From: Campylobacteraceae bacterium
GTDB taxonomy: Bacteria > Campylobacterota > Campylobacteria > Campylobacterales > Arcobacteraceae
Length of the DNA: 60,641 nt
Direction of reading: 5' to 3'
NCBI GenBank assembly: GCA_013215985.1
Contig: JABSOL010000003.1
Coordinates: 1 to 60,641, forward strand
Shown here: positions 39,988 through 47,964 of the stretch, one piece after another
How the letters are laid out: every line of letters begins with the position of its first letter
How positions within the stretch are numbered: position 1 is the first letter of the stretch
Made by a program: the position numbers and the translations under genes
Notes under the pieces: generated by a model
What the model was told of the DNA's origin: nothing
The model's database searches: none
The model's input: the letters and a program-made list of their open reading frames with translations, nothing else

Positions 39988-40902
39988 ATCGAAGCACTTA
40001 TTTCTGTAGCAACAATATACTTACTTGTTTTAATTGGATTCTTTCTAAAAAGAATATTCAAAGATGAAATTCACGAAAAATCTTTTGTAATACTAAATTT
40101 ATATTTTCTACAACCTATGCTTATATTCTGGGGACTTACTCGTTCTAAAATTGATTTCTCATTTTTATATTCATCTTTTATTTATTTTGTGATTATATTT
40201 ATAACATTAATAATAGCCTTGATTTATTCATCATTTGTAATAAAAGATAAAGATGATAAATCTCTATTTTTAGCATCTTCTTTAGTTGGTAATACGGGTA
40301 ATTTAGGTATTCCTTTAGGAATTGCATTATTTGGTATATCTTCTGTTCCTTATACATCTATTTTAAATTTATCTAATATCTTTTTTATATATCTTTTTTC
40401 TGTATTCTTTTTTGCTGGGAATAAATTTTCACTAAAAAAATCTTTAAAAGATATATTTAAAATACCTGCTATAGGTTTTGCAATTTTGGCTTTATTGTTT
40501 AATTATTTTGATTTTACAATGTCAAAAGATTTTGATCAAGTATTCACTATGGCTGCATATGCTGCAATTGTAATGCAACTAGTTGTATTTGGTATTTTTC
40601 TTTCACAAATTAAAATTAAATCTTTAAATTGGAAATTATCTTTAAATATTGTTTTATTTAAACATTTTGTTTTACCTTTTATTGCTTTAGTATGTGTTTT
40701 GTATTTTGAAGTGAATAAGTATTTAGCAGCTATTATATTTTTGGAATTAATGGTTCCTTTAGCTGTTAATAATATAAATTTAGCGGCTTTGTATAATAAA
40801 AAACCTTTAGATGCTACGTTTTCAGTACTGTTAAGTACTTTTGTTTTTATAATATTAATATATTTTTATATTTTAATATCTAATTATTTTTTTGGAGTTT
40901 AG
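39988..40902 (+). CDS. AEC (auxin efflux carrier) family transporter; start codon uncertain
   Basis: Multi-TM AEC-like protein. The first ATG is at 40117. The frame is open from 39961 and encodes the expected first TM helix (EALISVATIYLLVLIGFFLKRIF). The only start-like codon with an SD (AAAGGA, 5-nt spacer) is ATC at 39988. Confidence 0.55.
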   Translation: MEALISVATIYLLVLIGFFLKRIFKDEIHEKSFVILNLYFLQPMLIFWGLTRSKIDFSFLYSSFIYFVIIFITLIIALIYSSFVIKDKDDKSLFLASSLVGNTGNLGIPLGIALFGISSVPYTSILNLSNIFFIYLFSVFFFAGNKFSLKKSLKDIFKIPAIGFAILALLFNYFDFTMSKDFDQVFTMAAYAAIVMQLVVFGIFLSQIKIKSLNWKLSLNIVLFKHFVLPFIALVCVLYFEVNKYLAAIIFLELMVPLAVNNINLAALYNKKPLDATFSVLLSTFVFIILIYFYILISNYFFGV

Positions 40903-40905
40903 TTT

Positions 40906-42684
40906 ATGTGTGGTATTTTAGGTAGTAATTTTTTAAGTGATAAATTTTCTCAAGCTATAAAGCATATTGAGAATAGGGGACCTGATAATACAGGAATAAA
41001 AGTTTTAGAAAACAAAATGTTTGCTCATACTAGACTTAGTATAATTGATCTTGATAATGAAGCGAATCAGCCAATGATTTTTAATGATTTAATTTTAGTT
41101 TTTAATGGTGAAATTTATAATTATAAAGAATTAATTATAGATGAAGATCTTAACTGCCTGACTGCTTCTGATACTGAAGTTATTATTAGATTATATGAAA
41201 AATATGGAATTGATTTTTTAAGTAAATTAAATGGAATGTTTTCATTTGTTTTATATGATATTAAAAAAGATAAGTACTTTTGTGCAAGAGATAGATATGG
41301 TAAAAAACCATTTTTCTATTATTATAAAGATAATAAGTTTATTTTTTCATCTTCTTTAAAAAGTATTGTTTCTTTACTAGATAAAAAACCAAAACTAAAT
41401 AAAGTTGCACTTGCTCAGTATTTACAGTTTTTTGTTCCTTTAGGTGATAATACTTTTTACCAAGATATTAAAAAACTTGAAGCTTCATCTTATTTAATTT
41501 ATGAAGATAATAATATTAGAATAAAAAAATATTATAAAATTAATACATATAAACGATATAAAGACGAAAAAACAGCTTTAATTGGAATAGAAGAGAATTT
41601 AGTTAAAGCTGTTGAACTAAGGCTTGTTGGTGATGTTGAAGTAGGCTCACTATTAAGTGGTGGAATTGATTCATCTCTTATCTCTGCTTTATATACTAAA
41701 ATATCTGGTAAAAAAATTAATACTTTTTCTGTGGGTTATAATGAGTATAAAAACTATGATGAATTAGAATATGCAAAAGTAGCAGCTAAACATATTGGAT
41801 CAATTCATCATCCTCTAGAAATAGGGCAGAAAGACTTTATTGATTCATTTGATGAAGTTATGGAAGCTCTAGAAGAACCTCATGCAGATGCTGCAGCATT
41901 TCCCTTATTTCATTTAACAAAACTTATTAAAAATATGGGAATCAAAACTGTATTAAGTGGTGAAGGAAGTGATGAACTATTTTTAGGTTATGATAATTAT
42001 GCAAAATTCCTAAAATACTATGAATTTCAAGATTCTTTACAAAAAGGTCAAAATGACTTTTTAAATACAATTATCTCTGCTTTACAGAATAATACGAAAG
42101 AAAGTGAGTATTTAAGAAGAATTGTTAAAAAACAAACTTTATATAATTCATTTGGTGAGATTTATACTGATATACAAAACAAACGATTGTTTAAATCTGT
42201 TCCAACTTATAAAAAAGAGAATACAAAAAAAGATCCAGTTGATTGGATGTCATATATAGATTTAAAAGTTTGGTTAGGCCAAGCATTATTATCAAAAGTT
42301 GATAAAATATCAATGGCTAATTCTTTAGAAGTTAGAACTCCATTTTTAGATGTTAATTTAGTTGATTTTGCTTTTGCAATTGACTCAAAATTAAAAGTTG
42401 GAAATACAAATAAATACTTATTAAAAAAAGTTGCAGCCAAATATATTCCAGATGAAATAATCACAAGAACTAAAAAAGGATTTAATTCTCCTTTTAATGA
42501 ATGGATTTTTGCAGAGTATAAAGATTCAATTTTAGATCTTATTTTAGAAGTGAATAAAGAGACTGATTTATTCAATAATACTTATATTGAACACATATTT
42601 AACCTTGCAAAGAATAGAAAATTTAAACAACATTTATGGGCATTATATATTTTTTCAAAATGGTATAAAAAAGAATATATGTAA
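40906..42684 (+). CDS. asnB: Asparagine synthase (glutamine-hydrolysing)
   Basis: N-terminal MCGI nucleophile, SGGIDSS PP-loop; 592 aa. Confidence 0.9.
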   Translation: MCGILGSNFLSDKFSQAIKHIENRGPDNTGIKVLENKMFAHTRLSIIDLDNEANQPMIFNDLILVFNGEIYNYKELIIDEDLNCLTASDTEVIIRLYEKYGIDFLSKLNGMFSFVLYDIKKDKYFCARDRYGKKPFFYYYKDNKFIFSSSLKSIVSLLDKKPKLNKVALAQYLQFFVPLGDNTFYQDIKKLEASSYLIYEDNNIRIKKYYKINTYKRYKDEKTALIGIEENLVKAVELRLVGDVEVGSLLSGGIDSSLISALYTKISGKKINTFSVGYNEYKNYDELEYAKVAAKHIGSIHHPLEIGQKDFIDSFDEVMEALEEPHADAAAFPLFHLTKLIKNMGIKTVLSGEGSDELFLGYDNYAKFLKYYEFQDSLQKGQNDFLNTIISALQNNTKESEYLRRIVKKQTLYNSFGEIYTDIQNKRLFKSVPTYKKENTKKDPVDWMSYIDLKVWLGQALLSKVDKISMANSLEVRTPFLDVNLVDFAFAIDSKLKVGNTNKYLLKKVAAKYIPDEIITRTKKGFNSPFNEWIFAEYKDSILDLILEVNKETDLFNNTYIEHIFNLAKNRKFKQHLWALYIFSKWYKKEYM

Positions 42685-42857
42685 ACATTTTAGATTTTTT
42701 TAGATTTTATAAAATAATATTTTGTCTAAAATAAATGAAAAATATTTTTTAAGTACTTTTTATTTATTTTGCTAATTATTTATGTCTTGACTTAATTATC
42801 TTTATTCACAATAAAAATTACAAAATCATCTTATTTTTTATATAAATTTCGATACTA

Positions 42858-42883
42858 TTATGTCTATATAGTTCTAGACATAA
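42858..42883. promoter_or_regulatory. Inverted repeat operator candidate upstream of the RHH gene
   Basis: TTATGTCTA-N8-TAGACATAA with perfect 9-bp arms, ending 25 nt before the ATG. Extra half-site-like copies lie at 42779-42787 (TTATGTCTT) and 42723-42728 (TGTCTA). Confidence 0.5.
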
Positions 42884-42908
42884 AAGATTTTAATAGTAAA
42901 GGCCATTA

Positions 42909-43163
42909 ATGAGTACTAAAAGAGGTAGACCAGTTATAAAAAAAGACAGAATAAAAATAGGTCTTTCATTAGAAGGTGAGAGTAATAATGTCTTGAACAA
43001 ATTAGTTTTATTAACAGGGAAAACAAAAAGTAGAATTGTTGAAGAATCAATTGATATGTTTTATAAAAATGAAAATGATAAAAATACTGATAATAATAAT
43101 ATTTCTAGGGAGAATGCAATGGATAATATTCGTGCATATTTACAAGCTAATAAAAGAACATAA
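42909..43163 (+). CDS. Small ribbon-helix-helix (CopG/Arc-like) DNA-binding protein
   Basis: 84 aa. Basic N-terminus, then a beta-strand (RIKIGLSLEG) and two helices (NNVLNKLVLLTGKTKSRIVEESIDMFY), then a polar tail. Confidence 0.6.
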   Translation: MSTKRGRPVIKKDRIKIGLSLEGESNNVLNKLVLLTGKTKSRIVEESIDMFYKNENDKNTDNNNISRENAMDNIRAYLQANKRT

Positions 43164-43237
43164 GTAATTTATTAATAATAAATTTGATACTATCTAATGA
43201 TTATATAGGGAAAATATATAAGAAAAAAGGAGTTCAA

Positions 43238-44350
43238 ATGAAAAAAAATATTGTTTTTTTATCTTTTATTTTTACGTCTTTATTATTCACATCTTGTAGT
43301 GAAAAAGATAAGAATAAAATGGATAAGAATGAAGTAAAAACTGTGCAAGAAAAAAAGGTTTATAATTTAAAACTTGCAACTACTTGGGGTACATCTGCAG
43401 TTCCATTAATTAATGCACCTCTAAACTTAGCAAAAATGGTTAATAAAATGTCTGATGGTAGACTTATTATTAGAGTAGATTCTTCTAATAAACATAAATC
43501 ACCTCTAGGTATTTTAGATATGGTTAAAGCAGGTCAATATGATTTAGGTCATTCTACATCTTATTTTTGGAAAGGTAAAGATATAGAGACACTACCTTTA
43601 ACTACAATGCCTTTTGGTATGACTGCTAATGAACTATATTCTTGGTTTTATTATGGGGGCGGTTTAGATTTAATGCAAAAAGTGTATGAAAAACATGATG
43701 TATTATCATTTCCAGGTGGAAATACAGGTGTTCAAATGGGTGGATGGTTTAAAAAAGAGATTAAAACTTTAGACGATTTAAAAGGTCTTAAGATGAGAAT
43801 CCCAGGTTTCGCAGGAGAGATTATGTCTGAACTTGGTGTTTTAGTTACAAACCTTGCACCTGGAGAGTTATATACTTCTTTAGAGCGTGGAACTATTGAT
43901 GCACTTGAATGGGTAGGGCCAGCAATGGATATTAAAATGGGATTCCATAAAATTGCACCTTATTATTATACAGGATGGCATGAACCAGGTGCTGAAACTC
44001 AGTATTTAGTGAATAAAAAGGTATTTAATAAATTACCAAAAGATTTACAAGAGATCTTACTTCAATCTATGAGAGTATCTGCTTATGATATGTTTATGGA
44101 AAACAATCATTTAAGTGGTATTGCTTTACAGGATATGTTAAAAAACTATCCAAACATTAGTATTCAAGCTTTTCCAAAAGAAGTTATGGATGAAATGAAA
44201 AGAGTAAATTTAGATTTAAGAGAAAAAATATCTAAAAAATCTGTTTTATTAAAAGAAATTTTAGAGCATCAAGATAATTATCTTAAACAAGTTAGACCTT
44301 GGACTGAAATGTCTGACTATTTATTTTTAAAAGATAATCTAAGTAAATAA
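43238..44350 (+). CDS. Orphan TRAP-type (TakP-like) substrate-binding lipoprotein, paralog of 26372..27445
   Basis: Roughly 70 percent identical by eye to the dctP-like protein, with the same motifs (FPGGNTGVQMGGWF, GTIDALEWVGP, APYYYTGWHEPG). I place the start at ATG 43238, preceded by AAAAGGAG. Lipobox-like LLFTSC. No adjacent DctQ/DctM genes. Confidence 0.85.
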   Translation: MKKNIVFLSFIFTSLLFTSCSEKDKNKMDKNEVKTVQEKKVYNLKLATTWGTSAVPLINAPLNLAKMVNKMSDGRLIIRVDSSNKHKSPLGILDMVKAGQYDLGHSTSYFWKGKDIETLPLTTMPFGMTANELYSWFYYGGGLDLMQKVYEKHDVLSFPGGNTGVQMGGWFKKEIKTLDDLKGLKMRIPGFAGEIMSELGVLVTNLAPGELYTSLERGTIDALEWVGPAMDIKMGFHKIAPYYYTGWHEPGAETQYLVNKKVFNKLPKDLQEILLQSMRVSAYDMFMENNHLSGIALQDMLKNYPNISIQAFPKEVMDEMKRVNLDLREKISKKSVLLKEILEHQDNYLKQVRPWTEMSDYLFLKDNLSK

Positions 44351-44359
44351 ATTACTTAG
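44339..44359. terminator. Compact hairpin between convergent genes (copy A of a duplicated hairpin)
   Basis: CTAAGTAA-ATAAA-TTACTTAG. It contains the stop codon of the SBP gene and abuts the stop of the 131-aa gene. Confidence 0.5.
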
Positions 44360-44360
44360 T

Positions 44361-44756
44361 TTATTTCCAGAAGTCTTTTAGAATATCACTATCTTCGTAT
44401 TCTTCGTTGTTTTTATATTCTTCTAGATTTTCATTTTCTTCATTATTAATAATAGAATTTTCTTTTACGATTTCTACTTTATTAGTAACTTTTGAGTCTT
44501 TTTTTAAAGTATTATCTATCTTTTTTACTTCTTTTTTTTCTATTTGTTCTCGTTTTTCTTCTTTCATTTTTACATACTCATTCATTAATAATTCATATTT
44601 TTCAAAATCTAATAAAATAAAACTAGGTTTTCCATCTCTTAAGATTACAGCTTTATCAATCTCCCCTGATGAAACTGAATTAAAAACACTTTTACTTTTT
44701 CTAATTAATTGAGTTGCAGATACCATTTCTTTTGAAGTATATTGTAAGTAATTCAT
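44361..44756 (-). CDS. Phd/YefM-like antitoxin-domain protein with a long charged C-terminal tail
   Basis: The N-terminal ~55 aa (VSATQLIRKSKSVFNSVSSGEIDKAVILRDGKPSFILLDFEKYELLMNEY) fit the Phd/YefM fold pattern. The remainder is Lys/Glu/Asn-rich. Own TATAAT-like element upstream. Confidence 0.55.
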   Translation of the reverse strand: MNYLQYTSKEMVSATQLIRKSKSVFNSVSSGEIDKAVILRDGKPSFILLDFEKYELLMNEYVKMKEEKREQIEKKEVKKIDNTLKKDSKVTNKVEIVKENSIINNEENENLEEYKNNEEYEDSDILKDFWK

Positions 44757-44827
44757 TATAATCCTTAGTATTTGTATATGTATTTAAATGCGTATTAATT
44801 TTTGCTTTAGTATATTATAATATTAAT

Positions 44828-44863
44828 AAAACTAAGTAAATAAATTATTATTTACTTAGTTTT
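44828..44863 (-). terminator. Terminator of the PhoH2 gene (copy B of the duplicated hairpin)
   Basis: 16-bp stem AAAACTAAGTAAATAA-ATTA-TTATTTACTTAGTTTT that includes the phoH2 stop codon. Confidence 0.6.
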
Positions 44864-46262
44864 TTTTAGTAAAAATTAACTCAGCCCACTCAGTAATAGG
44901 TCCTCTAAGTACCTTCTTAAGTCTAATTGCAAATATATTAACTAAATCAGTTTCTTTTTGAGTTGATTTTAAAAGTGTAGTTAATGAGTTTGTATACTTA
45001 TTCACATAAAAATTATCAATTTGTTTATTTGATCCTAATACTACAACTTTACAAGTATTATCTATTCTTGATAATACCATTTGCATTGTTTTGTTTGACA
45101 TATTCTGAGCTTCATCAACTATTACAAATGAATTAGATAATGTTCTTCCTCTCATTTCACCTACCCACATAGTTTCAATTGAATAGTTCTGTCTTAATAA
45201 TTCAACTCTTTGTAGAACCTCTTTATCTTCTAATTCAGAAAATTCATCTTTTCTTCCAGATCTATTTTTCTTATGCTCAGTTCTTATAATGTAATCAAGT
45301 GAATCCATTAAAGGATGATTGTAAATTGCAAACTTTTCTTCTAGTCCTGGTAAATAACCAACATCTTCACCTTTATCCAAAGATTCAATTGAATTTCTAA
45401 TATAAATTACTTTTTGTAAGTCTTTTCTTTTTATTAGTTTTAAGGCACCTGAGAGAGCTAATAGAGTTTTTCCAGAACCTGCCTTTGCTTCTACTACAAT
45501 AACGTTGTAGAACTGATTTAAAATTGCATTACAGAAGAATAATTGTTCTTTATTTAATGGAGTAATGATTTGATTTCTAACTTCAGTTTCATTAAGCACT
45601 CTAATCTTTTCATTTTCTATATAAGCCAAAACTACTTGATCTGATTCTTTTATTTTAAAACAATATGAATAATTATATATTTCATAGTTTTTATCAAAGT
45701 TTCTAATATCTTGACTTTCTAAGTGTTCTAAATCAGAAAAGTTTATTTCAATATTTTTAATAAATTCATAGGAAAACTCTTCGTGTCTTGAGCCTCTAAG
45801 TGAGTCTGCTTTTATATCTAAAGATATAGCTCTAATTCTAGCCATAATATCTAGTGATAAAAAGACAATATCTTTTTTAAAATATTCTTTTGCGAAAGAT
45901 GCAATTTCTAATATTTTTCTATCATTGATAATACTTAGGGAAGTGTTTTTTGTATTTATATTATAAGTATCTTTTGAGATTATAACTATAGAAGCAGTTG
46001 ACAAATCTTCAACTTGTAAAGATATGATTTTATATCCATCTATATTTTCAGACTTTTGAACTTTTGCATTTTCTAAAGTTCTTGCAAATTCCCTTGCTTG
46101 AAAGTTAATTTCCTCAAAACCACTTTTTTTAGAATCTAATTCATCTAAAACAGTTTCTGGCAAAATAAGCAAATTTTTATTATCATCCGATAAGTTAAAA
46201 ATATTTTTTGCATCTTGTAGAATTATATTTGTATCCAATAAATAATATTTATCAAAGTTCAT
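44856..46262 (-). CDS. PhoH2-type protein: N-terminal PIN nuclease domain fused to a PhoH-like ATPase
   Basis: PIN start YLLDTNIIL..ETVLDELD; Walker A AKAGSGKT, Walker B VIVDEAQN; 468 aa (YlaK/PhoH2 architecture). Confidence 0.85.
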   Translation of the reverse strand: MNFDKYYLLDTNIILQDAKNIFNLSDDNKNLLILPETVLDELDSKKSGFEEINFQAREFARTLENAKVQKSENIDGYKIISLQVEDLSTASIVIISKDTYNINTKNTSLSIINDRKILEIASFAKEYFKKDIVFLSLDIMARIRAISLDIKADSLRGSRHEEFSYEFIKNIEINFSDLEHLESQDIRNFDKNYEIYNYSYCFKIKESDQVVLAYIENEKIRVLNETEVRNQIITPLNKEQLFFCNAILNQFYNVIVVEAKAGSGKTLLALSGALKLIKRKDLQKVIYIRNSIESLDKGEDVGYLPGLEEKFAIYNHPLMDSLDYIIRTEHKKNRSGRKDEFSELEDKEVLQRVELLRQNYSIETMWVGEMRGRTLSNSFVIVDEAQNMSNKTMQMVLSRIDNTCKVVVLGSNKQIDNFYVNKYTNSLTTLLKSTQKETDLVNIFAIRLKKVLRGPITEWAELIFTKKN

Positions 46263-46264
46263 AT

Positions 46265-46777
46265 CTATCCTTTAGGTTTTTGATTTAATACTTTATAAAT
46301 TATAAATGCTCCTATGGCAAGCGTTATTCCTGTAAAAAGAAGTGAAAATGTTTTTGTTATTGCGTATGCTACTATAAGTAGCGATAATACTGTGGGTACT
46401 TCGTTATAAGCTCTAAAAAAGTTACCTGTTTTTTTGCAAGTATCGTTTTCTAGTTGTTCTCTATAAAAGTTTAGTGAAAAAGAGTAGGCTATTAAAAATA
46501 ATAGTACAAAAAATTTTGCATGTAACCAAGGTCCATACTTAATTATATCAGGGTTTAAACATATTAAAGAAGCACCTGAAAATATAGTAGCCCACATTGC
46601 AGGAAGTCCAATTAATTTGTAAAGTTTTCTCTCTTGTACTTTTGCTATTTCTATATATTCTTTTTTTTCTATGTTTTCAATGTGGTAAACAAATATTCTT
46701 GGTAAGTAAAATAACATTGACATCCATGATAGAACTGCCATAATATGAAAAGTTAGTATCCAAGTATAATATTCCAT
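46265..46777 (-). CDS. hemJ: Protoporphyrinogen oxidase HemJ (UPF0093 family)
   Basis: W..FHIMAVLSWMSMLFYLPRIFVYH N-terminal signature; about 4-5 TM helices; 170 aa. Confidence 0.75.
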   Translation of the reverse strand: MEYYTWILTFHIMAVLSWMSMLFYLPRIFVYHIENIEKKEYIEIAKVQERKLYKLIGLPAMWATIFSGASLICLNPDIIKYGPWLHAKFFVLLFLIAYSFSLNFYREQLENDTCKKTGNFFRAYNEVPTVLSLLIVAYAITKTFSLLFTGITLAIGAFIIYKVLNQKPKG

Positions 46778-46779
46778 TT

Positions 46780-47964
46780 CTAAACCTCGTTTTTAATTTT
46801 CTTTAACCATTCGTTTAATGTTTTTTCAAAACCTATACCATCTGAAGTATAAAGTTTTAAATCTTCAGACATATAGTCTTGCTCAACATACCCACCATAA
46901 TCATGAGGATACTTATACCCAAAATGTGATGAATTTACATGAGTTGGTATATCTAATATCTTACCTGATTTTACTTCAGTCAAAGCTTTATTAATTGCTT
47001 TATATGCTGAATTTGATTTAGGAGAAGAAGCTAGATATATCGCACATTGTGAAAGAATAATTCTTGATTCTGGGTATCCAATTTTGTTTACTGCTAACAT
47101 AGTCGATACTGCTAAGTTTAAAGCATTTGGGTTTGCATTTCCTATATCTTCACTTGCAAATATTACCATTCTTCTGATAATAAAATCAACAGATTCTCCA
47201 CCTTCAATTAATCGTGATAGATAATAAATTGCTGCATCAACATCAGATCCTCTTAAAGATTTAATCATAGCAGATGCTAAATCGTAATGTGAATTAGAAG
47301 AAGATACTCCATCACCTATTACATTTTGTCTTAGTTCTTTTAAAATATCTAAAGTAATGTTTCCATCAACTTTATATGCAAAATCAATTAGGTTTAACAT
47401 AGCTCTTGCATCACCAGAAGAAGTATTAATTAAATATTCTATTTCTTCTTCTTTTAAAGTACATCCTAGTTCATCTTGCGCAATATTAAGTATATTTCTT
47501 AGTTCCTGAGCTGTTAGAGCGTGGAACTCATATATAAAGCTTCTTGATCTTATTCCTGCTGTTAAAGTAAAGAATGGGTTCTCTGTAGATGCTCCAATAA
47601 TGATTGCAGAATAGTTTTCCATTACAGGAAGTAAAACTTCTTGTTGGTTTTTTGATAAACGATGAACTTCATCTATAAAGATTAAAGGCTTAATAAAAGA
47701 ATTTTCATATCTTGCAAATACTTTTCTTAAATCTTCTATTTTTAAAGATGTAGCATTAAAATAATAATAGTCTGTATCTATTTCTTTTGCAATGATTTTA
47801 GCTAAGGTAGTTTTTCCAGTTCCAGGTTTACCATGGAAGAATAAATGTGGGATTTCTTTTTTTTTAATTAGTTTGTATAAAACTTTTGAGGGAGATATTA
47901 TATGCGACTGACCAACAAAATTATTTAAATTTGTTGGTCGTAAAATATTCGCGAGTTTAGTCAT
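46780..47964 (-). CDS. rarA: Replication-associated recombination protein A (MgsA/RarA AAA+ ATPase)
   Basis: Walker A GKPGTGKTT, Walker B IFIDEVHR, and a MgsA C-terminal domain (AIYYLSRLIEGGE). Confidence 0.9.
   Translation of the reverse strand: MTKLANILRPTNLNNFVGQSHIISPSKVLYKLIKKKEIPHLFFHGKPGTGKTTLAKIIAKEIDTDYYYFNATSLKIEDLRKVFARYENSFIKPLIFIDEVHRLSKNQQEVLLPVMENYSAIIIGASTENPFFTLTAGIRSRSFIYEFHALTAQELRNILNIAQDELGCTLKEEEIEYLINTSSGDARAMLNLIDFAYKVDGNITLDILKELRQNVIGDGVSSSNSHYDLASAMIKSLRGSDVDAAIYYLSRLIEGGESVDFIIRRMVIFASEDIGNANPNALNLAVSTMLAVNKIGYPESRIILSQCAIYLASSPKSNSAYKAINKALTEVKSGKILDIPTHVNSSHFGYKYPHDYGGYVEQDYMSEDLKLYTSDGIGFEKTLNEWLKKIKNEV

Noticed and set aside
44407-44712. 101-aa ORF antisense to the Phd-like gene, considered as a hidden toxin partner inside the cassette.
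   Set aside because: The sequence is Phe/Ser/Leu low complexity, mirroring the Lys/Glu-rich sense strand. It has no SD or recognisable toxin motif.
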